From Escherichia virus TH40: DNA of 64,000 nucleotides. The first letter of the stretch is position 1. Each line of letters begins with the position of its first letter. Below, piece by piece: positions 41,406 through 51,123 of this stretch. Under the pieces are notes generated by a model. That model ran no database searches and was not told the origin of the DNA. It saw nothing but the letters and a program-made list of their open reading frames with translations. The stretch lies in the sequence record MT446411.1; one strand, given 5' to 3'. The position numbers and the translations under genes are program-made.

Positions 41406-42965
41406 ATGAAAAAGAATGCATTAGTTCAAAAATGGTCCGCTCTGCTGGAAAACGAAGCTCTTCCGGAAATCGTTGGTGCTTCTAAACAAGCTATCATCGC
41501 TAAAATCTTTGAAAACCAGGAACAAGATATTCTGACCGCTCCTGAATACCGTGACGAAAAAATCTCCGAAGCATTTGGTTCTTTCCTGACCGAAGCTGAA
41601 ATCGGTGGTGACCATGGTTATGATGCTACCAATATCGCTGCTGGCCAGACCTCTGGTGCAGTAACTCAGATTGGGCCGGCAGTTATGGGTATGGTTCGTC
41701 GTGCTATCCCGCATCTGATTGCGTTTGATATTTGTGGCGTACAGCCTCTGAACAACCCGACTGGCCAGGTATTTGCCCTGCGTGCAGTTTACGGTAAAGA
41801 CCCTGTAGCTGCTGGTGCTAAAGAAGCTTTCCACCCGATGTATGCTCCAAATGCTATGTTCTCTGGTCAGGGCGCTGCTGAGGCTTTCGAAGCTCTGGCT
41901 GCAAGCAAAGTTCTTACCGTTGGTAAAATTTATTCTCACTTCTTCGAAGCAACCGGTGCCGCGCACTTCCAGGCTGTTGAAGCTGTAACCGTTGATGCTG
42001 CTGCTACTGATGCCGCTAAACTTGACGCCGAAGTTACCAAACTGCTCGAAGCTGGTAAGCTGGCCGAAATCGCTGAAGGTATGGCTACCTCTATCGCCGA
42101 ATTGCAGGAAGGCTTCAACGGTTCTACTGATAACCCGTGGAACGAAATGGGCTTCCGTATCGATAAACAAGTTATCGAAGCTAAATCCCGTCAGCTGAAA
42201 GCAAGTTACTCCATCGAACTGGCACAGGACCTGCGCGCTGTTCATGGTATGGATGCTGATGCCGAATTGAGTGGTATTCTGGCTACCGAAATTATGCTGG
42301 AAATCAACCGCGAAGTTATCGATTGGATTAACTACTCCGCACAGGTTGGTAAATCTGGTATGACCAACACCGTTGGCGCTAAAGCTGGTGTGTTTGACTT
42401 CCAGGACCCGATTGATATCCGTGGCGCTCGTTGGGCTGGTGAAAGCTTCAAAGCTTTACTGTTCCAGATTGATAAAGAAGCCGCTGAAATCGCTCGTCAG
42501 ACTGGCCGTGGTGCAGGTAACTTCATCATCGCTTCCCGTAACGTAGTTAACGTACTGGCTGCAGTTGATACCTCCGTATCTTATGCTGCTCAGGGTCTGG
42601 GTAAAGGTTTCAACGTTGACACCACTAAAGCTGTGTTCGCTGGTGTTCTGGGTGGCAAATACCGTGTATACATCGACCAGTATGCTCGTGCAGACTATTT
42701 CACCATCGGTTACAAAGGCGCTAACGAAATGGATGCTGGTATCTACTACGCACCATATGTTGCACTGACCCCGCTGCGTGGCTCTGACCCGAAAAACTTC
42801 CAGCCGGTTATGGGCTTCAAAACCCGTTACGGTATCGGTATTAACCCGTTCGCTGACCCGGTAGCTCAGGCTCCAACCAAGCGCATTCAGAACGGCATGC
42901 CGGACATCGTTAACAGCCTCGGCTTGAACGGTTACTTCCGCCGCGTATATGTTAAAGGAATTTAA
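41406..42965 (+). CDS. 23: gp23 major capsid protein
   Basis: 519 aa; strong codon bias; synteny. Confidence 0.95.
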   Translation: MKKNALVQKWSALLENEALPEIVGASKQAIIAKIFENQEQDILTAPEYRDEKISEAFGSFLTEAEIGGDHGYDATNIAAGQTSGAVTQIGPAVMGMVRRAIPHLIAFDICGVQPLNNPTGQVFALRAVYGKDPVAAGAKEAFHPMYAPNAMFSGQGAAEAFEALAASKVLTVGKIYSHFFEATGAAHFQAVEAVTVDAAATDAAKLDAEVTKLLEAGKLAEIAEGMATSIAELQEGFNGSTDNPWNEMGFRIDKQVIEAKSRQLKASYSIELAQDLRAVHGMDADAELSGILATEIMLEINREVIDWINYSAQVGKSGMTNTVGAKAGVFDFQDPIDIRGARWAGESFKALLFQIDKEAAEIARQTGRGAGNFIIASRNVVNVLAAVDTSVSYAAQGLGKGFNVDTTKAVFAGVLGGKYRVYIDQYARADYFTIGYKGANEMDAGIYYAPYVALTPLRGSDPKNFQPVMGFKTRYGIGINPFADPVAQAPTKRIQNGMPDIVNSLGLNGYFRRVYVKGI

Positions 42966-42984
42966 TCCTAGATTAAGTTAAATA

Positions 42985-43012
42985 AAAAGGGACCCTTGAG
43001 GTCCCTTTCTTG
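42985..43012. terminator. bidirectional hairpin GGGACC-CTTGA-GGTCCC flanked by A-run/T-run between gene 23 and reverse ORF
   Basis: Stem-loop with AAAAA upstream and TTTC downstream. Confidence 0.55.
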
Positions 43013-43015
43013 TTT

Positions 43016-43297
43016 TCATACCATACCATTTAAATGAACTTCTACCCGGCGCTTGATGAGGTCTCTGAAGTTAACATTGTTTTCTTGAAGTTTCAACCAG
43101 TTACCATTTTTATCTTTAGTGTGAGTAGAATAATTACCATTCCACCAGAAATCAGTGTCATATGCTAAGTTTTCATATTTTTTAACTAGTTTGTTCAGAG
43201 CATTACCATTAACACCATTTGGGTATTTGTTGACCAATGCAATAACTTCAATTTCCAATTTTTTAAAGGTGTTCAGAAGGAAAGTTGCTTTGTTCAT
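43016..43297 (-). CDS. hypothetical protein (93 aa) on opposite strand between genes 23 and 24
   Basis: Reverse ORF with GGAG RBS and early-type promoter 43339-43368 carrying the conserved leader motif. Confidence 0.45.
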   Translation of the reverse strand: MNKATFLLNTFKKLEIEVIALVNKYPNGVNGNALNKLVKKYENLAYDTDFWWNGNYSTHTKDKNGNWLKLQENNVNFRDLIKRRVEVHLNGMV

Positions 43298-43338
43298 TTT
43301 TAAACTCCAGGTTTTGTTTGTTAACTCAGTATGGAATC

Positions 43339-43368
43339 ATTATGTCTTATCTTAATCTGGTTGTAAAC
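43339..43368 (-). promoter_or_regulatory. early promoter (-35 GTTTAC, -10 CATAAT) with conserved leader, divergent from gene 24 late promoter
   Basis: Reverse-strand GTTTAC-N18-CATAAT followed by GATTCCATACTGAGTTAAC. Confidence 0.5.
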
Positions 43369-43374
43369 AACTTT

Positions 43375-43382
43375 TATAAATA
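43375..43382 (+). promoter_or_regulatory. late promoter TATAAATA (gene 24)
   Basis: Exact consensus 27 nt upstream of ATG. Confidence 0.6.
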
Positions 43383-43408
43383 AAGTATATCACAAAAGGA
43401 AAGCGCAA

Positions 43409-44689
43409 ATGGCAAAGATTAACAAATTACTGCGCGAGTCAACTATTACTACCAGCAACTCCTTGGGCCGCCCGAATCTTGTTGCTTTGACCCGCGCTAC
43501 GACTAAATTGATTTACCGCGATATCATCGCTGAACAACGTACTAACCAACCTGTTGCTGCACTGTATGGTGTTAAATATCTTACTCCTGATAATGAATTC
43601 AGTTTCCAGACGGGCGCTACTTATGGAGGCGAAGTCGGTTCTAAAGACCGCACAACTATTCCAGAATTAACTACAGCCACTCAGCCTGTGGCTAAAGGCG
43701 AATATGTAAAATACCAAAATATCGTTTACAAAGCTCTGGTTGATAATCCATTTGCATCGACCACAGAAACAGTGTTATCTGATGTTCTGCAAGAAGGTCT
43801 TATTGCATCGACTATTCGCCTTGTTCCTGATGCCGCACACACTGAAAAATTCGAAGCCGGTGATGTTGAAATTAGCAATGCTGTATTCCAGGTTAATAAA
43901 TGGAATGCTCCGGTTAAAACACGTAAATTGAAAACTGCATTAACTGTTGAACTTGCTCAGGATATGGAAGCAAATGGTTTTAACGCTCCTGCTTTCTTGG
44001 AAGACCTGCTTGCCACTATTATGGCAGATGAAATTAACAAAGATGTTCTTCAGTCTCTTATTACCGTTTCCAAGCGTTATAAAGTAACTGGCGTTTCTGA
44101 CAATGGCACCATCGATTTAACATATGATGCAGCTCCAGAAGGCGCACGTAAACTGTATGAACTGGTTTGCGAAATGAACTCCGAAATTCAGAAAACTACA
44201 TCTTATTCCGGTACCTTTGTTGTTGCCTCTAGCCGTGTTGCTGCTATGTTGGCCGGTTCTGGTTGGTTGAAACACAGACCAGAAGACGAACAGTGGCTCC
44301 CCGAAACAGCGTACGGTTATTTGATTAATGGCCTCCCTGTATTCTGTGATGTTAACAGTCCATTGGATTATGTAACTGTTGGTGTTAAAGAAAATTACGG
44401 CGGAAACGAAGTCGTAGGCTCAATTTTCTATGCTCCTTATACCGAAGGCCTGGACTTGGATGATGAAGAGCACGTTGGTGCGTTTAAGGTCATTGTGGAC
44501 CCAGACAGCTTGCAGCCATCTATCTCTCTGATGGTTCGTTACGCACTTTCAGCTAACCCGTACACCGTTGCTAAAGACGATAAAGAAGCTCGTATTATCG
44601 ATGCAACCAATATGGATTTAATGGCCGGTCAGAGCAATATGTCTTATCTGCTCGGTGTTAAACTTCCGCCAATCATTTATGAGGCGTAA
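43409..44689 (+). CDS. 24: gp24 head vertex protein
   Basis: 426 aa; MAKINKLLRESTITTSNSLGRPNLVALTRATTKLIY... matches T4 gp24; late promoter 43375-43382. Confidence 0.9.
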   Translation: MAKINKLLRESTITTSNSLGRPNLVALTRATTKLIYRDIIAEQRTNQPVAALYGVKYLTPDNEFSFQTGATYGGEVGSKDRTTIPELTTATQPVAKGEYVKYQNIVYKALVDNPFASTTETVLSDVLQEGLIASTIRLVPDAAHTEKFEAGDVEISNAVFQVNKWNAPVKTRKLKTALTVELAQDMEANGFNAPAFLEDLLATIMADEINKDVLQSLITVSKRYKVTGVSDNGTIDLTYDAAPEGARKLYELVCEMNSEIQKTTSYSGTFVVASSRVAAMLAGSGWLKHRPEDEQWLPETAYGYLINGLPVFCDVNSPLDYVTVGVKENYGGNEVVGSIFYAPYTEGLDLDDEEHVGAFKVIVDPDSLQPSISLMVRYALSANPYTVAKDDKEARIIDATNMDLMAGQSNMSYLLGVKLPPIIYEA

Positions 44690-45973
44690 ATGCAAAAGAT
44701 TAATGCACTAATTCACGAATCAACATTAACGGCGGCCAACCAGGTCGCCCGTCCTAATTTGCTTTCTTATACTCAGGCTACGAATAAACGAATTTTTAAA
44801 GCACTCGTGGCCGAACAGAAAACTACCCAGCCTGTTGCAGCCCTGTATGGTGTTCGTGTTCTGAACCCAGATGATAAAATGACTTATCTCGGTGGAGCAA
44901 CATTTGCAGGTCAGATTGGTATGTTCGAGCGTAAGAATATTCCAGAATTTACAAACAAAGACGAAGCTTATGCAGTCGGCGATATGTTCCAGTTTGAAAG
45001 TGTTGTGTTCAAAGTTTTGGAAGCATCCCCATTCGCCGGTACACTCGAAACTGATTTAGGTGAAGTTATTTCTGAAGCCATTGCTGCTGGGCATATAAGA
45101 ATGATGTCAGATGCTGCTTTCACTGATAAATTTGAAAAGGGGCATCCTGAAATTGCTGAAGCTGGTTTTCGTATCGATAAATGGCAGACTGAAGTTAAAT
45201 CCAGAAAGTTGAAAACTTCTTTAACTGTCGAGCTTGCCCAGGACCTGGAAGCAAACGGTTTTGATGCAACAGACTTCATCGATAATATTCTCGGCATTCA
45301 AATGGCAGAGGAAATTAATAAGGATGTATTGCAATCCCTTATTACTGTTAGTTCCCGCTTCAAGGTGCAAGGTGTTTCGGAAAAAGGTGTATTGAATCTT
45401 ACTGACCCGAAATATGATAATGCCCAGGACCGCGCACGAACCCTGTATTATTATATGTGTGAAATGAATTCTGCAGTTCAACGTCAGACTTCGTTTGCTG
45501 GTACATATGCAGTTGCTTCTTCCCGTTGTGCAGCTATTTTAGCCGCTTCTGGCTGGGTTGAGAAAAAGGAAGACCAGGATGAATTGGCCTATGGTGTTCT
45601 GAAGAACGGTTTGCCTCTTTACGCTGATATGAATAGTCCATGCGATTATGTTATTGTTGGTGTAAATGCGGATATGGGTGAAGGTCAGACGGTCGCATCT
45701 TTATATTATGCGCCTTATACGGAAGGACTTAGCGAAGTTGATGATGAGGGTGATACCTCGGTTGGGGAATTCAAGGTTATTGTTGACCCCGAAAGCTTAC
45801 AACCTACGGTTGCACTGTTAGCTCGTTATGCTTTGACTGCGAACCCTTACACCGTTGCTAAAGATGATAAAGAAGCTCGCCTTATTGATGGAGCTGATAT
45901 GGATAAGATGGCTAACCAAAGTCAATTGAGTTCTTATCTTGGTGTTAAACTTCCACCGCTGGAAAAAGAATAA
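44690..45973 (+). CDS. gp24 paralogue (second vertex-protein-like gene)
   Basis: 427 aa, clearly paralogous to preceding gene along full length but diverged; ATG directly follows stop of first copy. Confidence 0.85.
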   Translation: MQKINALIHESTLTAANQVARPNLLSYTQATNKRIFKALVAEQKTTQPVAALYGVRVLNPDDKMTYLGGATFAGQIGMFERKNIPEFTNKDEAYAVGDMFQFESVVFKVLEASPFAGTLETDLGEVISEAIAAGHIRMMSDAAFTDKFEKGHPEIAEAGFRIDKWQTEVKSRKLKTSLTVELAQDLEANGFDATDFIDNILGIQMAEEINKDVLQSLITVSSRFKVQGVSEKGVLNLTDPKYDNAQDRARTLYYYMCEMNSAVQRQTSFAGTYAVASSRCAAILAASGWVEKKEDQDELAYGVLKNGLPLYADMNSPCDYVIVGVNADMGEGQTVASLYYAPYTEGLSEVDDEGDTSVGEFKVIVDPESLQPTVALLARYALTANPYTVAKDDKEARLIDGADMDKMANQSQLSSYLGVKLPPLEKE

Positions 45974-45993
45974 GGGCCTTGCGGCCCTTTTTT
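45974..45993. terminator. hairpin GGGCC-TTGC-GGCCC + TTTTTT between gene 24 paralogue and rnlB
   Basis: Stem-loop plus T-run. Confidence 0.6.
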
Positions 45994-46999
45994 ATTCACT
46001 AATTAATGCAATCCATACATGTCTTAATGTTTCTTTTACATTTGCGATAAGTTGCTTTTTAACTTCAACAGGATTTTCTGTCTGGGTTAATTCAAGTCCT
46101 TCACGACCCGCTTCTTCCAGGATATCCTGGACAGTCAAACCCATTACCTTTCCAAAATCCTTAGGTGTTACTTCCCCAATCTTACTGATAACATTATTGA
46201 TACGGTTGACAGTCACATAATCAGTAAACTTCCATAAAACATCCAGGTCTTCCTGTGACAACACAACTGCAGCTTTAATAGGCTTATCAGACTTTTTCTT
46301 TTCACTGAATTTAGAGTTCTTGCATTTAATCGCTACGCGCTCACCGTTAGGTAACCATGCAGGAACATCAGGTTTTAATACAAATCCTTCAGCAGTGAAT
46401 ACTTTACCTTCCACCTTTGCATCAAAATCAGTGGTATTTGCTGTAGTCAATCCTGCGTTATCCACTGTAAAATTGTAATCAGGGACCACAGAATCCAGGT
46501 CATTAGGGAGCTTAATCAAGTCTTCAAAGCTACCTGTGGCCAGGCGTGGGGCAACTTTAAACTTATGAATAATACAAAAGGCTTCCATAAGTGTGTCAGT
46601 CAGGACGGATTCAGAGCCATCTTCCTTAGTAACGCGGATATCAAACACATAGAAATCTTTATCGCCGTAATCCACATTCTTCTGAATACCTGTACCAGCA
46701 AACTCGCCATAAATCTGGTAAGCCTGGTAATTAATATCCTGCAAAAGTTTCTGCACAGATTTAATAGAATCTGTGTAGTTCTTTAATACAATTTCATAAC
46801 CATAGAAATCTTCTGCAGGTAGAATAGGTCCAGTGCGTTTCGCGCATGTCACATTGTCTTGTTCAATGATTAATGAAAAGTTGGTACCATGAATTTTCTC
46901 ACGAGCTACCCATTCACCGCTGGTGAAGCCTTGCAGGCGAATCTTTTCAATGAACTTGTTATTATAGTGATTTTCAAGGCTGTTGTATTTCTTAAACAT
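45992..46999 (-). CDS. rnlB: RNA ligase 2 (Rnl2)
   Basis: [19 protein letters not shown]...[16 protein letters not shown] (KxHG nucleotidyl-transferase motif), 335 aa, matches T4 Rnl2. Confidence 0.95.
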   Translation of the reverse strand: MFKKYNSLENHYNNKFIEKIRLQGFTSGEWVAREKIHGTNFSLIIEQDNVTCAKRTGPILPAEDFYGYEIVLKNYTDSIKSVQKLLQDINYQAYQIYGEFAGTGIQKNVDYGDKDFYVFDIRVTKEDGSESVLTDTLMEAFCIIHKFKVAPRLATGSFEDLIKLPNDLDSVVPDYNFTVDNAGLTTANTTDFDAKVEGKVFTAEGFVLKPDVPAWLPNGERVAIKCKNSKFSEKKKSDKPIKAAVVLSQEDLDVLWKFTDYVTVNRINNVISKIGEVTPKDFGKVMGLTVQDILEEAGREGLELTQTENPVEVKKQLIANVKETLRHVWIALISE

Positions 47000-47082
47000 A
47001 ATCTCTCACTTTTGATGTTATAAATATCATTATAAATTAGACCCGCTATACTTTCTTTCTCTGAAAGGAATTAATAGTCACA

Positions 47083-47124
47083 AAGGGTCTAGAACCATTA
47101 TACCGCATTTTTATTTGAAGCAAA
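47083..47124 (-). promoter_or_regulatory. MotA-box middle-type promoter (TTTGCTTCA, 13 nt, TATAAT) followed by GGTTCTAGACCC, upstream of rnlB
   Basis: Reverse-strand reading TTTGCTTCA-N13-TATAAT-GGTTCTAGACCC. Confidence 0.5.
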
Positions 47125-47129
47125 AAGGG

Positions 47130-47393
47130 TCAGAATTTTACATACAGCATTGGCTTGGATTCTTGCCAATCATAATTCCAGGTAAAAGATGTAAATTTTT
47201 CTGCTCGCAGAAATTCAGATATCTTTGCGCGGTTTCCTTCTTCATACTCTTTTTCAGAAACTGCCATATTAACAGCATCTTTGCCGTTCTCGGCGGCGGC
47301 AATAGCCACTTTGCGAAATATAGAAATAAAGTCATTTGCAACTTTATCTTGTGACTCTTTGTCTATTTGGCGTAGTTCTTCTGCGAATGTCAT
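47130..47393 (-). CDS. hypothetical protein (gene 24.2/24.3 region)
   Basis: Reverse ORF between hoc and rnlB. Confidence 0.45.
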   Translation of the reverse strand: MTFAEELRQIDKESQDKVANDFISIFRKVAIAAAENGKDAVNMAVSEKEYEEGNRAKISEFLRAEKFTSFTWNYDWQESKPMLYVKF

Positions 47394-47593
47394 TTCTTCA
47401 CCTTTTTGTTATTCAAACGTTTACGATAAACAATCTTTTCTTTCGCTTTAAATTTAGCTTTGGCTTGTTCTACATCAACCCAGGCCTTTGCCATCTCTTT
47501 AGCAGTCCCGCCTAATACCTTGGCGATTTCAATAAATGTCATGCCAGATTCATGCAGAAAATGTACTTTAACCTTATCCATAATGATTCTCAT
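47390..47593 (-). CDS. hypothetical small basic protein with HTH-like segment (gene 24.2/24.3 region)
   Basis: Reverse ORF; MTFIEIAKVLGGTAKEMAKAW helix-turn-helix-like. Confidence 0.45.
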   Translation of the reverse strand: MRIIMDKVKVHFLHESGMTFIEIAKVLGGTAKEMAKAWVDVEQAKAKFKAKEKIVYRKRLNNKKVKK

Positions 47594-47734
47594 GTTGAGT
47601 TAGTGAAGCTATCTTAACATGGAATTTTTAACTTGTAAACATGATTTTTATGCCAGATGAACAATTGTTATGGTATGACCACAAGGACTTACCGGAGAAG
47701 GGGCCCAGGCAATGTTTGCTCAGTACCATAAAAA

Positions 47735-47760
47735 TAAAGGGACCGAAGGTCCCTTTTTAA
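47735..47760. terminator. hairpin GGGACC-GAA-GGTCCC with flanking A/T runs after hoc
   Basis: Stem-loop flanked by AAA and TTTTT. Confidence 0.55.
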
Positions 47761-48894
47761 TTAATAAACGTAATCGTATATAATACCAGTTTCTAAAGCG
47801 GTGCGATGAATAACTCGACCATTACGAGATTCTTGTACATCAACCTCTGGATAGTCGGTAATCATTTTTTGAAGTGTGTATCGGTGCAAATAATACGGGC
47901 TATCCGGGTCATCAGTTTTCCAGTCTTGGCCGGCAAGAGTCATTTTCTGAATTTCATCCATAACCCACCAACCACACCAGATATAAGCTGAATTACGTAC
48001 TGGCAATGGGTGAATATATGGTAATTCGCCATCTGGAACTGGTGCGACTTTAGCCGTGACTGTTACATTACCAGTTTTGGTAACGGTTACAGGGTTATAA
48101 TCTGTAGCAGATACAACAACAGAAACTTCAATTAACTGGGAACCTTCGGCGCTTGTATCGATTGCTAAAGTATCCGTGGTACCAGCGACTGGTGAACCAT
48201 CTTTCTTCCAAGAATAGGCAAAAGTAGCACCGGCAGGCGCACCGGCTACAGTAGCTTTAAAAGAAGCCGGAGTTCCTGAAGGAACATTAATAGAGGTCGG
48301 TGCTAAAGTAACAGAAACACCCGACATAGTTTTCTTAACAAAAGTTACCGCAGCTCCTTTAGATGCGGTGCCATTATTATAATCGGGTGCAGAAACAGTA
48401 ACTTCACAGTTCAATGTATAATTTGCTTCTGCTGATTCGGTGACGGTAATAGTTTTACCAGTTTGACCTGCGATTACGCTAGTGTTACGTTTCCAAACGT
48501 AAGCGATTGTTGCACCAGAAGGAGCGCCTGTCACGTTAGCAGTAACAACTTGAGATTGCCCCACTTCTTTAGTAACAGAGGCAGGGTCTAAAGTCAATGT
48601 AATAGCAGGCATTGTTTTATTCTGGATAGTTAAAGTTGTCTCAGCCTCAGCAGTTTCCGGTTCACCGTCTGCCGGAGTGGTAGTTGCAACAACTTTAATA
48701 GTCTTACTGCCTGCTGGGCCAACAGCGACATAAGCCATTGCTGCAGTCACAGAAGATTGAGGAACGCCATCAACGGTCCATACAAATGATTCAACACCTT
48801 CAGCTGCAGCACCAGAGCCGGTTGCAGTGAAATTGGTTGTTGCTCCAATAACGGCCGTAGCCGCCAAAGGAGCAATAGCTACGGTATAAGCCAT
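47761..48894 (-). CDS. hoc: Hoc highly immunogenic outer capsid protein (Ig-like domains)
   Basis: 377 aa; ...TKTGNVTVTAKVAPVPDGELPYIHPLP...YIWCGWWVMDEIQKMT... matches T4 Hoc C-terminus. Confidence 0.9.
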   Translation of the reverse strand: MAYTVAIAPLAATAVIGATTNFTATGSGAAAEGVESFVWTVDGVPQSSVTAAMAYVAVGPAGSKTIKVVATTTPADGEPETAEAETTLTIQNKTMPAITLTLDPASVTKEVGQSQVVTANVTGAPSGATIAYVWKRNTSVIAGQTGKTITVTESAEANYTLNCEVTVSAPDYNNGTASKGAAVTFVKKTMSGVSVTLAPTSINVPSGTPASFKATVAGAPAGATFAYSWKKDGSPVAGTTDTLAIDTSAEGSQLIEVSVVVSATDYNPVTVTKTGNVTVTAKVAPVPDGELPYIHPLPVRNSAYIWCGWWVMDEIQKMTLAGQDWKTDDPDSPYYLHRYTLQKMITDYPEVDVQESRNGRVIHRTALETGIIYDYVY

Positions 48895-48903
48895 AATAAA
48901 CCC

Positions 48904-49569
48904 TTATTTTAAAGTGACAAAAGATGAGTTACGAGTTTCTCGTACTAGAACAGACCCATTACGATTGATGTAATAAATCAAACTGAATAGGGTTTGATGC
49001 GCGGTGGGATGTGGGAAAGCAGTTGGACGTTCTTTCCAATCCGGAGTCTCAGAAATCCACTGATAAATCCACCATGGAACAGTACAGAATCCAGGGTTCT
49101 TGCCAATAAGCATAAGATTTGGACTAAAGTTTTTTGGTAGAGCAAATACAGGTTTTTCAGATTCGATAACCTTAGCAACAGCTGCTTCGAACTTTTCTTC
49201 GATAAAAGGAACATCTTCTTCGACCAAAACAACTGGTTCTTTGATTTCAACAACTTCAACCTTTGCTTCGGTTGGAGCATCAAATAAGAGTTTAGCTTCT
49301 TCTTTAGCTGACTCATCGCCATCAAATTTAGCACCTGACAATTCATCGTCAGCATCAATAAGGTCGGTGATGCTCAGGCCTTCATTATCATCAGGCATAG
49401 GCATGTCAGCAAATGCTTTAAGTCCTGCTTCCAGGTCAGCCAACATATTATCAAAGGTTTTTGTTTTCTTAACATCAACGCCAAGTGATGCTGCATATTC
49501 GGCTAATTTTTCTTTGGCTTCTTTTTTCTCGAGGACACGAATTTCCTCAATGTAGTTCTTGTCAATCAT
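48904..49569 (-). CDS. inh: Inh-like inhibitor of prohead protease
   Basis: 221 aa, position between hoc and uvsW as in T4. Confidence 0.55.
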   Translation of the reverse strand: MIDKNYIEEIRVLEKKEAKEKLAEYAASLGVDVKKTKTFDNMLADLEAGLKAFADMPMPDDNEGLSITDLIDADDELSGAKFDGDESAKEEAKLLFDAPTEAKVEVVEIKEPVVLVEEDVPFIEEKFEAAVAKVIESEKPVFALPKNFSPNLMLIGKNPGFCTVPWWIYQWISETPDWKERPTAFPHPTAHQTLFSLIYYINRNGSVLVRETRNSSFVTLK

Positions 49570-49587
49570 GATGAACCTCGGTTAGTG

Positions 49588-49595
49588 TATAAATA
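49588..49595 (+). promoter_or_regulatory. late promoter TATAAATA (uvsW)
   Basis: Exact consensus 29 nt upstream of uvsW ATG. Confidence 0.55.
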
Positions 49596-49623
49596 TAGAT
49601 ATATTTATTACCTTGGAATCATC

Positions 49624-51123
49624 ATGGATATTAAAATCAACTTTCTAAATTTTAGTCACGTGCATGTTGAATGTGAAGATGGAATCTTCTACGAACTCCG
49701 TGATTACTTCAGCTTCGAAGCTGAAAACTATCGCTTCAATCCAAAATTCAAGCAGGGAGTTTGGGACGGACGAATCCGCCTCCTGGATTACAATCGTAAA
49801 TTACCATACGGTTTGGTTAATCAAATTAAAAAGTTCGCTGACCAGTTTGGCTATTCATTCTGGATTGACCCACAAATCACCGAGAAAGAAGAAATCTCTC
49901 GCGAAGAATTCGACAAATGGGTCGAGTCAAAAGAAATCTATTCAGGCAATACTAAGATAACGCCCCATTGGTATCAATCTGACGCCGTATATGATGGTCT
50001 GGTCAACAGAAGAAAGATTCTGAACTTACCTACGTCTGCAGGTAAAAGTCTCATCCAGGCGCTTCTGGCGCGATATTATCTCGAGAACTATGAAGGCAAG
50101 GTACTTATCCTTGTTCCTACAACCGCGCTTGTTGACCAGATGATTAATGACTTTGTTGATTATCGTCTGTTCCCTCGTGAAGCTTGTCTGGGTATTCGTT
50201 CTGGTACCAAACGCGATTCTGATGCGATGATTTATGTATCGACTTATCAGACGGCTGTAAAACAACCTAAAGAATGGTTTGAACAGTTTGGTCAGTTTAT
50301 GAATGACGAATGTCATATGGCTACAGGTAAATCAATTTCGACGGTTATCGAAGGCCTTACGAATTGTATGTTTAAATTTGGTTTGTCCGGTTCACTCCGT
50401 GACGGCAAAGCCAACCTTATGCAATATATGGGTCTGTTTGGTGATATCTTTAAACCAGTATCAACATCTAAATTGATGGAAGATGGTCAGGTCACTGACC
50501 TTAAAATAAATAGTATTTTCCTTCGTTACCCTGATGAATTTACCGTTAAAATGAAAGGTAAAACTTATCAGGATGAAATTAAGGTAATTACAAAAGCTAC
50601 ACGCCGAAATAAATGGGTAACAAATCTTGCTCTCAAGCTTGCTAAAAAAGATGAAAACGTCTTTTTGATGTTTAAGAATATCGAGCACGGTAAATCGATG
50701 TTTGAAATGCTTAAGGAAGCTGGTCATGAGAAAGTGTATTATGTTTCCGGGGAAGTTGATACCGAAACTCGTAATGCATTAAAGGTCATGGCAGAGAATG
50801 GAAAGGGAATTATCGTTGTAGCTTCATATGGCGTATTCTCGACGGGTATTTCCGTTAAAAACCTCCATCATATTATTTTCGCCCACCCGGTCAAGTCAAA
50901 GGTAATTGTACTCCAGACAATTGGTCGTGTGCTTCGAAAACATGAATCCAAATCACAAGCAAACGTTTTTGATATCGTGGATGATATGGGGGTTAAACCT
51001 AAATCGGTAAATGCTAAAAAGAAATATGTTCATTTGAACTTTGCCCTAAAACATGGTCTTGAACGTATACAACGATATGCTGATGAACGTTTTAACTATG
51101 TAATTAAACAGGTGGAAATTTGA
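49624..51123 (+). CDS. uvsW: UvsW DNA/RNA helicase (SF2)
   Basis: MDIKINFLNFSHVHVECEDG...; Walker A PTSAGKS, DECH box; late promoter 49588-49595. Confidence 0.9.
   Translation: MDIKINFLNFSHVHVECEDGIFYELRDYFSFEAENYRFNPKFKQGVWDGRIRLLDYNRKLPYGLVNQIKKFADQFGYSFWIDPQITEKEEISREEFDKWVESKEIYSGNTKITPHWYQSDAVYDGLVNRRKILNLPTSAGKSLIQALLARYYLENYEGKVLILVPTTALVDQMINDFVDYRLFPREACLGIRSGTKRDSDAMIYVSTYQTAVKQPKEWFEQFGQFMNDECHMATGKSISTVIEGLTNCMFKFGLSGSLRDGKANLMQYMGLFGDIFKPVSTSKLMEDGQVTDLKINSIFLRYPDEFTVKMKGKTYQDEIKVITKATRRNKWVTNLALKLAKKDENVFLMFKNIEHGKSMFEMLKEAGHEKVYYVSGEVDTETRNALKVMAENGKGIIVVASYGVFSTGISVKNLHHIIFAHPVKSKVIVLQTIGRVLRKHESKSQANVFDIVDDMGVKPKSVNAKKKYVHLNFALKHGLERIQRYADERFNYVIKQVEI

Noticed and set aside
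41421-42245. Reverse-strand 274-aa ORF (and 40638..41129 within gene 22)
   Set aside because: Antisense to gp23/gp22 coding sequence with strong sense-strand homology; artefact of biased composition.
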